A DNA stretch of 64,000 nt. It comes from Macrostomum hystrix (Eukaryota > Animalia > Platyhelminthes). Both the position numbers and the translations under genes were made by a program. Numbering within the stretch: the stretch's first letter is position 1; each line of letters opens with the position of its first letter. Location of the stretch: NCBI GenBank assembly GCA_950097015.1, contig CATNEN010000005.1, forward strand, positions 1,736,001-1,800,000. Reading direction: 5' to 3'. This document shows, piece by piece, positions 24,119 to 38,270 of this stretch. The notes beneath the pieces are model-generated. The model did not search any database, was not told the origin of the DNA, and was given only the letters and a program-made list of their open reading frames with translations.

Positions 24119-24487
24119 CTGGTCTAAGCATCTTGTTTGGAGCACAGCCCTCTTTTGCCCAAAAGTTTTTTGTTCCCAAAAAAGCCACTCCGTTTGGCAA
24201 TAGAATTTGTTCTATACCAGCCGTGTGTGTCTAAACACAAGCCTCTTTAAACCCAAGTTTGCTTTTTCAACTACTGTAGCTTCTCTCTCTTTCCGTCGGG
24301 TAAGTCTTGATTGAGTTTTTGAAACAATTATTCTAAAGTTTAATTAGACTGATTGCACTGACGATTGGATTGATTGATGACTGAATTTCAATTCTTGGAT
24401 TTCATTTGCTTTATTGATTGGGTATTTCTTCTTATTCAAAGTCGGATTTTGATCACACCCAGGTCGGTTGCCTAAAACTTCAACGGA

Positions 24488-25500
24488 ATGGCCAAAAGCA
24501 GCAAACTGATCATTTCCTTCCTGCTAGTCATCCTGGCAGCTTCCGTTCTGGCCGAGGTGAGAACTTGAATGGTCACGCGTGTAGTTCTTTCTTCCGAAAA
24601 AAGACATTTTCTTAATCCAAAGCCACTCCTGCTTTATTTTCTGATTCACACAGAGAGCAGACTTGTCGGAATTCGAGGAACGAATGCTGGAGCGAGAGCA
24701 CGCTAAGCCGCAGTCGCAGCGGCATCACAAAGGCGGCCACCGGCAGTCGACGCCTGGGCATCGCGGCGGCGGTCACCATAAGAAGCCAGAATTTGAACGA
24801 CGCGCCGCCCTGTCGGACTTTAAACGCGCCGCTCTGGCCGACTTCAAGCGTGCCGCCCTGTCGGACTTCAAACGCGCCGCCCTGTCGGACTTCAAACGCG
24901 CCGCCCTTTCGGACTTCAAACGCGCCGCCCTGTCCGATTTCAAACGCGCCGCTCTGGCAGACTTCAAACGCGCCGCCCTAGCTGACTTTAAACGTGCCGC
25001 CCTAGCTGACTTTAAACGTGCCGCCCTAGCTGACTTCAAACGCGCCGCCCTTTCTGACTTCAAACGTGCCGCACTGTCTGACTTCAAACGCGCCGCTCTT
25101 AGTGACTTCAAACGTGCCGCCCTGTCCGACTTTAAGCGCTCTTCAAGCCAGCGTGGTCATCACCGCGAAAGCGAGATGTCTGATTTGAAACCGCAAGCTC
25201 AGGTGAGGTCAAGGTGACAATTCTAGCTTACCCGTAATTTATTAGAATGTTAATTAGGTTAATTGTTCTGTCAAATGCTTATCGCTTGAAAGGTGTGAAA
25301 TACTTTCGAACTCTTTTATGAAGTCACTCTTAGTCTCTTATCAGTGGGCGGAATCTAGTCATGTGACGTCACCCTAACCATTCTCACTGTTTCAGCGACA
25401 GCATCAGAATGAAGAGAAACGGGCCTACTACTGGGACGTGTGCAGCCGATGGGTGAAGGGACAGGAACGCCTTTACGTCTGCAAGAAACAGGTGCGCTGA
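24488..25500 (+). CDS. Neuropeptide/peptide-hormone precursor (~240 aa): signal peptide, 14 x AAL(S/A)DF-KR, C-terminal two-Cys peptide
   Basis: Exons 24488-24556 (MAKSSKLIISFLLVILAASVLAE), 24654-25202 and 25396-25500, all phase 0 with GT-AG ends. Dibasic KR/RR sites flank every hexapeptide. Repeat units vary mainly at synonymous sites. A possible AATAAA lies at 25630-25635. Confidence 0.88.
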
Positions 25501-26956
25501 GCACCCATTAATCGACAGAATTGAGAAATGAAAAGAGGCGGAATTATGAGCTAAATTTTGAATTCTGAGTACATTAATTTAAACTCACTTAATTGTCTAT
25601 TTAAGCCTGTTAATGCACTAACAAATGAAAATAAAAGTGAAATATAAATTTACTTTATTTCTTACTCGACCATTTTCTAAGTAAGATTCGTTGAGGCTAT
25701 AGTTGTAACTTTAATCAGAAAATCTGACAAATATTTATAATATACCTGTGTCCTGTACGTACCTAAGCAGCTAAAATACTTTGTAATTAAATATGATTTA
25801 ATAACATTGCCATTGATCGTCATCCATTGTTACAACAATAATTAATATCTTCGGTACACAAAGTAATACCAATTCAGTTCTTGTTACTATAACGAACTCA
25901 ACTATTACTGACTTACCTATATTTTTCTGTTTAAACTAAACAGAATGATCACTTTACTATCATATCATTGCTTAGCCACCGACGACTTTTGTCATAAATT
26001 CATAAATATTTTATAATCTCAGTAATTAATGTTACAATTGGATGTGAATATATATTTTAATTTGTCATTTCCTAATTATGAACAACTGCTATTCACTACT
26101 AATTGTACAATGTTTAAAGTCTATAGACAACATTAATGATACTTATAGAAATGCAATGCCATTTCCGACATTTAATTAAGTGGTAAATTTTGAAAGAAAC
26201 ACATTTTTCCCTATAGTTATTCTAACTATTTCTGCTGCGAAAACGCTTATTTCTTTTTGCTAAATCCGACAAATAAAATTTGCCGAAAAAAATATTTTTT
26301 TTGCTGCCGACATAAAATCAACTTTCTTTACTGGTTCATGAAAACGATTGCCAATGCATTAGCGGAAATAAGTTTTTACGTGTATAGAAACTTCCTGTGA
26401 GCTACTCTACAATGAAAGCGAAAACATGACTCGATTACTTAGTCACCGCAGAAGAAGGATTATTAATAAATTTCTGAGCGAAAAGATGAACAAACCGCAT
26501 CATTTGAAGTTTGTGAATCGAAGTGTCCTTCTATTTTTCTTCCGTTTTGTTGGTATCTGCTCGATTTAGTTGTACCATCAATGAGCATCTATAAATCACC
26601 TGCAAAGGTTTTATGGGGCTGTTAGGAAATTACAACATGAAGGATCAGAATGGTTAAAACTATATACAATTCTGTAGTTTCAACCGTTCTAGCTTGTTCA
26701 AAACAGGTTTGATATGTACCACGATTCTTTACCCAAACTTAATTATGTAAGTTCATAGATTTTCGTCAACTGACTTGTAAATTTTACTAACTTTAATTTA
26801 ATAAAAATTTGAAAATTTGCCCCTGAAGATGTCCATTGTGGGACGAAATGTCACATAACTCTTTTCAACAGCTAGCAAGAGAAACAACAACAAATTTATT
26901 TTATAGCGGCTTTAGCTCGTATTTATAAATGACACAGTTAAATAATTTTCACTAAC

Positions 26957-27302
26957 TCAACATAGTGACCCTTCAGTTGGATGCACGTCTTCCACCGGGT
27001 AAGCATGGACGTCAATGGCATCTGCATATGCCTGCCTTGGCATTTCGTGGACAAGAACCCGTCGCACTTCTTGCTCAAGGCAGTCACGGTTGGCATGAAC
27101 TCCCTCTTGCTTGAGCTTGAGCTTCGGGAAGATGGCGAAATCAGCTGGTGCCAGGTCCGGTGAATACGGTGGGTGAGGCAGGAGGTGGGGCCGAGCATTG
27201 TCATGATGAAGGGGCATTGGCTTCAGTACAGTTCTCCGCTTGTTTGGGATATCATTCTAGTTATGTGAAAAAGTCCAAGGACTTTTGGACACCCCTTGTA
27301 TG
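26957..27302 (-). mobile_element. Internally deleted Tc1/mariner transposase remnant
   Basis: Minus-strand HHDNARPH and PHPPYSPDLAPADFAIFPKLK motifs with the usual intervening residues missing; TIR-like end ta|caaggggtgtccaaaagtcc at ~27280-27302. Confidence 0.8.
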
Positions 27303-28169
27303 TTGATCATTACATTTATTGATTCATTGATTATTAAGCGAGCTATTTTACCCTAGTGAAACATTTTATAGTTTTTGGTTTCACATTTCGTCTGCAGAAA
27401 ATATACATAATCGTCATCATTATTTTTACCAGCAACAGAAGCAAGCTATTAACAGAATAAAGTTGGCACAGTTTAGGCTTCAAGGACAAAGGCAAAAGCG
27501 AAGTCAATTGTCACGCACCCACGGAGAGGAAAGGTAGGCGTGAGAACTCAGAAGCAGAACTGGCCAGATGAGACGACAATGGCAGCCTCTTCTACTGAGA
27601 CAACACACAAAACTCCCAGCCTGACAGATGAAGACTAAATTTGTTAGACTGTGGGAATGTTGGACTGGGGGATCAGAAGAGCGTTTGCCACCCTACTGGG
27701 CTTGTGAGGACAATGGCAGCTCATGCTAGCCCATAATTTGTGCTCAAGCTGACTGCTCAAAGCCTGTATTACTTCAGCAAAGCGATGAGGCTCTAGCATA
27801 TACGCCTATGCAGTCAGGCATGGTCATGCTGCAACTGCTTATTGACACATTTCTAGCTTAGCTTAATACCCCCAGCGCTAGTTGGCATGGCAACCAACCA
27901 GGCATAGGTTCTTGACTTCCTCAACTATTATTTAATCATCATTATCATCATTGTAGGTGTTTTAGACACGCATCCGTCACTTATATTTTATTGCGAGTTG
28001 TTTTGGAGTGCAAATCGATTTATGGGATGATAGTTGACTTTAAATTTAAAGGAATAATACACACATGATAGATTGGCTAGACAGCGACTAGTAATAGGAC
28101 TGGCACCGGATTTGCGAAGGAGAATATCCATTGATGGTGTAGAGGAGAGCTGCAGGATTATAGGAACGG

Positions 28170-29400
28170 AGAGCTCCACGATTATCGGAATATAGAGGTC
28201 GAGGATTATCGGAGTGGAGAGGTCGAGGATTACCGGATTGGAGAGGTAGAGGATTATCGAATTGGAGAGGTCGAGGATTATCGAAATGGAGAGGTAGAGG
28301 ATTATCGGAATGGAGAGGTAGAGGATAATCGGAGTGGAGAGGTCGAGGATTACCGGATTGGAGAGGTAGAGGATTATCGAATTGGAGAGGTAGAGGATTA
28401 TCGAAATGGAGAGGTAGAGGATTATCGGAATGGAGAGGTAGAGGATTATCGGAGTGGAGAGGTAGAGGATTATCGGAGTGGAGAGGTCGAGGATTACCGG
28501 ATTGGAGAGGTAGATGATTATCGGAGTGGAGAGGTCGAGGATTATCGGAGTGGAGAGGTCGAGGATTATCTAAAAAGATAGGTCGAGGATTATCGGAATG
28601 GAGAGGTCGAGGATTATCGAAATGGAGAGGTAGATGATTATCGGAGTGGAGAGGCCGAGGATTATCGGATTGGAGAGGTAGAGGATTATCAGAGTGGAGA
28701 GGTCGAGGATTATCTAAAAAGATAGGTCGAGGATTATCGGAATGGAGAGGTCGAGGATTATCGAAATGGAGAGGTAGATGATTATCGGAGTGCAGAGGCC
28801 GAGGATTATCGGAGTGGAGAGGCCGAGGATTATCGGAGTGAAGAGGTCGAGGATTATCGGAATGGAGAGGTCGAGGATTATCGGAATGGAGAGGTCGAGG
28901 ATTATCGAAATGGAGGGGTAGAGGAATATCGAAATGGAGAGGTAGTTGATTATCGGAGTGAAGAGGCCGAGGATTATCGGAGTGAATAGGCCGAGGATTA
29001 TCGGAGTGGAGAGGCCGAGGATTATCGGAGTGGAGAGGTCGAGGATTATCGGAGTGAAGAGGCCGAGGATTATCGGAATGGAGAGGTCGGGGATTATCGA
29101 AATGGAGAGGTAGATGATTATCGGAATGGAGAGGTCGAGGATTATCGAAATGGAGGGGTAGAGGATTATCGGAGTGGAGAGGTAGATGATTATCGGAATG
29201 GAGAGGTCGAGGATTATCGGAATGGAGAGGTAGATGATTATCGGAGTGGAGAGGCCGAGGATTATCGGAGTGGAGTGGCCGAGGGCGAGGATTATCGGAG
29301 TGAAGAGGCCGAGGATTATCGGAGTGAAGAGGCCGAGTATTATCGGAGTGGAGAGGCCGAGGATTATTGGAGTGAAGAGGCCGGGGATTATTGGTATAGG
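28170..29400. repeat. 24-bp minisatellite (gaggattatcggagtggagaggtc)
   Basis: Tandem array; source of the NPRPLHSD ORF. Confidence 0.92.
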
Positions 29401-29962
29401 GAATCGACCATTGCCGCAATGCACGGTCAAGTAAAATATAAATCGGAATTATCGAAATGAGAGAGTTCGTAATGGCAAGTGAATAAGCGGAAAATATTAT
29501 AAAACAGAAGCAAGAATTAGCTAAATTTTAACAAAGCAATGGAGACGAGACAAGAGGCAGACTTAAAAAATAGAAAAGATCTTTAACAAAGGAACAATTG
29601 GATTGTGCAAGCTCTGAAATTGAAACCACTATCCGCCTGGTAAATCCTAGCAGAATACCAATTATGGCAAAAAAACCTGAACGCCTACAAGGCAAATCAC
29701 AAATCAGCATTTCCTATTTAGGAGCAGTTAAAACAGAAATATTTATTTTTAGCATTTTCACTTCCCAGCGGCTAGTTGTGCAACTCATGCTTCAAGCATA
29801 TACAACTTGTAGATATAAGAATGCAAAAATTGACAGAAAATCTAAATTGATCAATAATTTAATGTTGTGCTTTACTACCAAAGTCATGTTAATTCAAGCT
29901 CACTATACACCCCTATTCTATTGCATGCTAGAATCTGCACGTTTATGCCAACCAAGCATTCA

Positions 29963-31624
<1,662 letters not shown>

Positions 31625-32221
31625 TCAATAAATATTTTCAGTCTGTTAATTGATGCATGGATTATCAAACTTAAAGATAGCAAAGTAATTCAAAATTTTT
31701 TACACCGCATTGTGTATACTTTAATTCAGCAACACAGTTTATCGATTTTTAACATTGTTAACTGAAAGAGAAGAGTAAAAAATAACAACAATTTATATTT
31801 ATTACTCTTTTGTGGTAATACTAAATGTCCAAGGATTGATATATTTCAGACTGAATTTCAAATATGTAATTAAATAACAGTTAAAAGATTTATTATGACA
31901 TTTAACTAAGCAAATAATGTATGTACAAAGCGTATCATTTGTACATACAGGACTGGCAGACCGCATGTACAATCGATACTACTTAGAGACCAAATAGTTA
32001 AAATTGTTGGTTAGTGCGAAAAAATCCATACAAATTACTAAGGCTTTTTACTATAGTTTAGAAATTTGAAAGAATTCTTAAATTTAGTATTGATGAGATG
32101 AGAAATCGAAAAATATTTTAACCATTTCTCATTGACAAACATTCTTGAACTAAAATTTTCTTACAGTTTAGCAATCCACTTAAAAATTGGTGAATAAAAA
32201 CCAAGCAATGTGTCAGATATA

Positions 32222-33993
32222 TCAGCGCTTATCCCCGCGCACTTTATCCCTGACTGAAGCGGCTTCACCGCTAGAAGCAGCGGCAGAAGACGCGCCAGCA
32301 GCAACATCGCTCGCACCCATAGCTTCTAATTCGTCATAAAAGAAGCTTCTCAAACGGAGCAAATATTGGGGAAATAATTCGATATCATTGTGACCGGCGC
32401 CTTCGACCCACAGCGGGTCAACTGGCCTTGGCAGGCGTTCGTAAATGGCAAGGCCGTGGGCCACGCTAATCACTTCATCCTCAGTGCCGTGAATTACTAG
32501 ACAAGGCGAACGAATCCTTGGCGCCTTGTCAATGCTGCGGAAAGGGAGCAGCGATTCGGTTTGTGAGCGCTTGAAGCAGTAGGGTCAGAAATTATTGGCG
32601 GCCCATTAGGTTAAAGTGGATAAATATTGGTCAAAGTCTACCCCACTATCTAAATACCCCAAAAATACTCCATTATTCACTACAAAAGCCTACTCCATTA
32701 TTCACTACCAGAGCCAATTCCACTATCTACTACCAGAGCCTACTCCACTATCTACTACCAGAGCCTACTCCACTATCTACTACCAGAGCCTACTCCACTA
32801 TCTACTACCAGAGCCTACTCCACTATCTACTACCAGAGCCTACTCCACTATCTACTACCGGAGCCTACTCCACTATCTACTACCAGAGCCTACTCCACTA
32901 TCTACTACCAGAGCCCACTCCACTATCTACTACATGTGCCAACTCCACTATCTACTACAAAAACCTACCCTATTATCTGCTACCAAAGTTTACCCCATTA
33001 TCAACTATCAAAGCCTACCCCATTATCTACTATCAAAGCCTACCCCATTATCTACTATCAAAGCCTACCCCATTATCTAATATCAAAGTCTACTCCATTA
33101 TCTACTACTAAAGTCTACCCCATTATCTACTCTTATCTACAGGCCTATCAAAGCCTGTATAGCTAAGGTTCGCATACTTCAGATCCAAATCCTACATTCT
33201 TCAAGCATCATCATCATAATTATCAGCAGCAGCGGACTCACTTGGGAAAGGCATCAAAGAACCAGGTTCTGCTGGTGTCCGGGAAAGCGACCCGCAGGCC
33301 GGACAGCAATGGGCTGTGCAGTATAACACCAGCCGGGTTGACCCGAGTGGCCAAATCCATAGTTGGCACAGTGCCAATAGATTGGCCATAGAGTACAATC
33401 TCGCTAGGCGCCAATCCGTATCGGCCAATCAACTGCTGCCAGGCGCAGTCAATATCGGCGTAAAGATTCTTCTCTAGCGGCCTGCCAGTGCTGGCACCAT
33501 AGCCTGAGTAGTCATAGCTGAATATGTTCATATTGAGCTTGCGTCCCAGGTCGATAAGGAAGCCGCTCATCTGACCTAAATCGACAGCGTTGCCGTGCGA
33601 GAATAGCAGGGTGTACTTTGAGCCGCGCCGAGATCGAACGGCGCGAACTAGGACGCATGCGATCACGCTGCCCCGCGACGTCGTAGCGGTTGACGCCTCC
33701 AGGCATTCGGCTTCGTCGTCAGTCAGCTGCATAACCGGAGCAGTCACCGGATCGTCGCCGCTAGCAGACGGATTCAATTGGAATCTGAGATTGCTCATTT
33801 CTCCAACTAGTGAGTAGGTCGGCCTCGGCGGTAGGAAGGCTAATTTTGCGGCGATTCGCGACGGAAACGGCGGCCAACAGAATAGTCGGCAGAGGTCGCG
33901 GCAGGTCATGGAGGTGGCGCCACTGGCGTGTCCGCCGTCTTCGTGATGAATGTAAGGCGCGCCGGCAGGATTGGACTGATGATTGCCGTCCAT
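32222..33993 (-). CDS. abhd17: ABHD17-family alpha/beta hydrolase (protein depalmitoylase), paralog A
   Basis: Exons 33993 (or 33909)-33242 and 32534-32222, phase-2 GT-AG intron. Cys motif [38 protein letters not shown], nucleophile GQSIG, HGTEDEV and GAGHNDIEL match the ABHD17 signature. Confidence 0.93.
32630..33150. repeat. 25-bp minisatellite (ccagagcctactccactatctacta) in the paralog A intron
   Basis: Tandem array read directly. Confidence 0.88.
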
Positions 33994-34339
33994 TTGGGGT
34001 CCGAATCGGGTCACAGGTTAGATCGAGATATGGTTGCAGTGCTGGTTAATGCGAGATCAGAGACAAAACAAGCTGGATGAGGATAAGAGAATTTGCATAG
34101 CCGTATGGACTGCGACCTGTTTAGCAATGCGAAGCTGTTTGATTTAGTATCTGCAGATTTTTTGAGTGACAGCAGCTGGGCTGAAATTAAAATTTCAAAG
34201 CATTTTTAAGATCAACTCAGTTTAGTACCTAAACAAGCGCGCAATTCCACTGATTACCCACCGGCTATCATGAGACACGCAAAGCCGACTTAATAACTCA
34301 CCACAGAGCCTAATAATCACCCACCTTGAAATCTTACAC

Positions 34340-35010
34340 ATAAACCACCCCAAAGCCGGCCTATCACTCACCCACAGCCGACCTATCACTCACCTAAAGC
34401 CGACCTATCACTCACCCACAGCCGACCTATCACCCCACCCCAAAGCCGACCTATCACTCACCTAAAGCCGACCTATCACTCACATAAAGCCGACCTATCA
34501 CTCACCTAAAGCCGACCTATCACTCACCTAAAGCCGACCTATCACTCACCTAAAGCCGACCTATCACTCACCTAAAGCCGACCTATCACTCACCTAAAGC
34601 CGACCTATCACTAACCCACAGCCGACCTATCACCCCACCCCAAAGCCTTCCTATCACCCACCCCACAGCCTACCTATCACCCACCCCAAAGCCGACATAT
34701 CATCCACACCACAGCCTACCTATCACCCACCCAAAGCCGACCTATCACTCACCCAAAGCCGACCTATCACTCACCCCAAAGCCTTCCTATCACCCACCCC
34801 AAAGCCGACATATCATCCACACCACAGCCTACCTATCACCCACCCAAAGCCGACCTATCACTCACCCAAAGCCGACCTATCACTCACCCCAAAGCCTTCC
34901 TATCACCCACCCCAAAGCCGACATATCACCCACACCACAGCCTACCTATCACCCACCCCAAAGCCGACATATCACCCACACCACAGCCTACCTATCACCC
35001 ACCACAAAGC
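34340..35010. repeat. 22-23-bp minisatellite (aaagccgacctatcactcacct) between the ABHD17 paralogs
   Basis: Tandem array read directly. Confidence 0.88.
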
Positions 35011-35616
35011 AAACCCCATTACTACCCCAAGACTACCCCACTAACCACCCAAAAGCCTACCTTATCATCCCTAAGTTATTTAAGGAGAAAGCTTTTATGT
35101 AATTATACTATTTTTTGTTATGTAAATGCAGCTTTAATACAAATCAATCTTTGCGAAGAACTTATTTACCAAAACAAGAAGAAATTTGAAATCGAAAAAA
35201 GGAAATAATGAAATCATTACCTGTTATCATCAAATATCATCAAATAATTAATCCATGAAAGTCGTTTAATGAATCATAACAGATTAAAATAAAATATAAA
35301 TAAATATAATCGAACTATAATCGAATTTTAGGAAACAAAGTTCACGGAACAGTTGTAATAATTAAAAAAACAAAGAAACTAATTTTTCTAACCAAAAATA
35401 ATGAAAACTTGACAAACTATTATTATTTTTTTATTTAAGAGATTAACAATTCTTACCAAAGATTAACGTTTTCAAATGCAAACAGCCAAAAAATTCATAC
35501 TGAAGTAAAAAACTATTAAAACAAAAAAGAAGTAAAAAATAAATAACAAACAGCATAATGCAGATTGGAAGTCAAGAAACATCATTCATTAACTTGATTC
35601 AAAACCTAAGAATATC

Positions 35617-35778
35617 AAAACTGCAGTTCACAGAGCACGTGAGTCACTAAAACTGCAGTTCAGAGAGATCATTACTCACTAAAACTGCAGTTCACAGAGC
35701 ACGTGAGTCACTAAAACTGCAGTTCAGAGAGATCATTACTCACTAAAACTGCAGTTCACAGAAAGCGGGATTCACTAA
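35617..35778. repeat. Five 32-bp units (aaaactgcagttca...cact) in an ABAB-C pattern
   Basis: Alternating unit variants read directly, downstream of the paralog B stop. Confidence 0.8.
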
Positions 35779-35930
35779 TATCCAAAACGGCAAAATTATG
35801 ACTTTCAGAACATTTTGAATCGTGAAAATGTCGACTTAAAGTAAAATTAATCCTTTAGTCTCAGCATTGCGTTTTAGTAACTTCATTGGTTCGGCTGCGG
35901 TTCTGATCACTGCTGCTGCTCCTGCTGTTT

Positions 35931-38270
35931 CTACTGCTGCTGCTCCTGCTGCTGCTGCTGCTCCTGCTCCTGCTGTTTCTGCTGCTGCTCCTGCTGCAGC
36001 TGCTGTTTCGGCTCCTGCTCCTGCTGTTTCTGCTGCTCCTGCTGCTGCTGCTGCTCCTGCTCCTGCTGTTTCTGCTGCTGCTGCTCCTGCTGTTTCTGCT
36101 GCTGCAGCTGCTGTTTCTGCTCCTGCTGTTTCTGCTGCTGCTGCTCCTGCTGCAGCTGCTGCTGTTTCTGCTCCTGCTCCTGCTGTTTCTGCTGCTGCTG
36201 CTCCTGCTGTTTCTGCTGCTGCTGCTCCTGCTGTTTCTGCTGCTGCTGCTCCTGCTGCAGCTGCTGTTTCTGCTCCTGCTCCTGCTGCAGCTGCTGCTGT
36301 TTCTGCTCTTGCTCCTGCTGTTTCTGCTCCTGCTGCAGCTGCTGTTTCTGCTCCTGCTCCTGCTGTTTCTGCTGCTGCTCCTGCTGTTTCTGCTCCTGCT
36401 GCAGCTGCTGCTGTTTCTGCTCCTGCTCCTGCTGTTTCTGCTGCTGCTGCTCCTGCTGTTTCTGCTGCTGCTGCTCCTGCTGTTTCTGCTGCTGCTGCTC
36501 CTGCTGCAGCTGCTGTTTCTGCTCCTGCTCCTGCTGCAGCTGCTGCTGTTTCTGCTCTTGCTCCTGCTGTTTCTGCTCCTGCTGCAGCTTCTGTTTCTGC
36601 TCCTGCTCCTGCTGTTTCTGCTGCTGCTGCTGCTCCTGCTGTTTCTGCTGCTCCTGCTGTTTCTGCTGCTGCTGCTCCTGCTGTTTCTGCTGCTCCTGCT
36701 GTTTCTGCTGCTGCTGCTCCTTCTCCTGCTGCTGTTTCTGCTGCAGCTGCAGCTGCAGCTCCTGCTGCTCCTGCTGCTCCTGCTGCATCTGTTCTATCTC
36801 CTTATAGAGAAACGAGCGCAATCTCTCCAGATACTGAGGATAGAGTTCGATGTCGTTGTGTCCAGCGCCTTCAATCCACAGGGGTTCAACAGCCGGTCGG
36901 GGCAGGCGATCGTGGATGACGAGGCCGTGGACGAAGTTAATCACCTCGTCCTCGGTGCCGTGAATCACCAGGCAGGGGGCGCGAACACCGGGCGCCTTTT
37001 CTATGCTGCGGAATTAGGCATAGGCAGACTTAGGTAGGAATAGGGAAGCAGTTCCTCTACTCCCATTTTTTCTTCACTCCAGTTCCTCTACTCCCATTTT
37101 CTCCTCACTTCAGTTCGTCTACTCCCCTTTAAAAAGAGAAAACATGACCGCTATTTGCAATCAGATAGAAAACCCATACACCACAAAGTATTCTACCACC
37201 AACCCTAAAACTTACCGATCAACTCCCCGAATCTTATCCATCACCCACCCTAAAGCCATTGTTTCTTACTGGCCATTACTACCCCAAAGATTTCTCAAAA
37301 GGCAATCGAATATCAACCGAAAGTCAATCCATTAACTCTCTAAAGCTATACAATATCACACCAAAGCCATTACGTTATCATGATTCACAACAAAGCTATT
37401 CCGATATCCCACCAAAGCCGTACCATTACTGTCATAAATATCTCAAACTCTACTCAATTAATTAGGATCCTAAACCTACATCTTGTTATCAACCATTTAA
37501 CGGAGTTACACGTAGTAACCGAATTTGGTGCAAATCAAGCAGCAGCATCAGCATCATCATCATCATAATTATCAGCAGCAGCGGACTCACTTGGGAAAGG
37601 CATCAAAGAACCAGGTTCTGCTGACGTCCGGGAAAGCGATCCGCAAGCCAGACAGCAATGGGCTGTGCAGTATAACACCAGCCGGGTTGACCCGAGTGGC
37701 CAAATCCATAGTTGGCACAGTGCCAAGAGATTGGCCATAGAGTACAATCTCGCTAGGCGCCAATCCGTATCGGCCAATCAGCTGCTGCCAGGCGCAGTCA
37801 ATATCGGCGTAAAGATTCTTCTCTAGCGGCCTGCCAGTGCTGGCACCATAGCCTGAGTAGTCATAGCTGAATATGTTCATTTTGATGCGCTTACTAAGAC
37901 CAATTAGAAGGCTGCTTATTTGGCCTAAATCAACGGCGTTGCCGTGTGAGAACAGCAGGGTGTACTTTGATTTAGTGGTGGTACTGCTGTGGTATGGTTT
38001 AACCATCATGCAGGCTATAGTATTACCCTGCGATGTTTTGGCTAGAAATGCTTCCAACAATCTAGCCATATCTTCGTTAGTGAATTTAAATTTAGCCCGA
38101 TCACTCAAGTGCAAGTGGAATGCCTTCTCATCTTTACCATGACTGTCGCTAAGCGACGCCGAAGCTGTCAGAGAGTAAGTTGGCTCAGGCGGTAGAAAGG
38201 CCAGCTTGGCAGCTATGCGCGATGGCAATGGAGGCCAGCACAATAGGCAGCAGATGTCTACACAGGACAT
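35931..38270 (-). CDS. abhd17: ABHD17-family hydrolase, paralog B, with a ~284-aa Gln/Glu/Lys tail (~584 aa)
   Basis: Exons 38270-37591 and 37005-35931, same intron position and phase as paralog A. Motifs [50 protein letters not shown] are followed in frame by a CAG-rich tract. Confidence 0.9.

Noticed and set aside
24773-25111. AARLKS repeat ORF on the minus strand
   Set aside because: Antisense shadow of the neuropeptide repeats; the sense frame has the signal peptide, splice sites and KR sites.
35867-37037. Ala/Pro-rich (350 aa) and Leu-rich (242 aa) ORFs on the + strand
   Set aside because: Antisense shadows of the CAG-rich ABHD17B tail.
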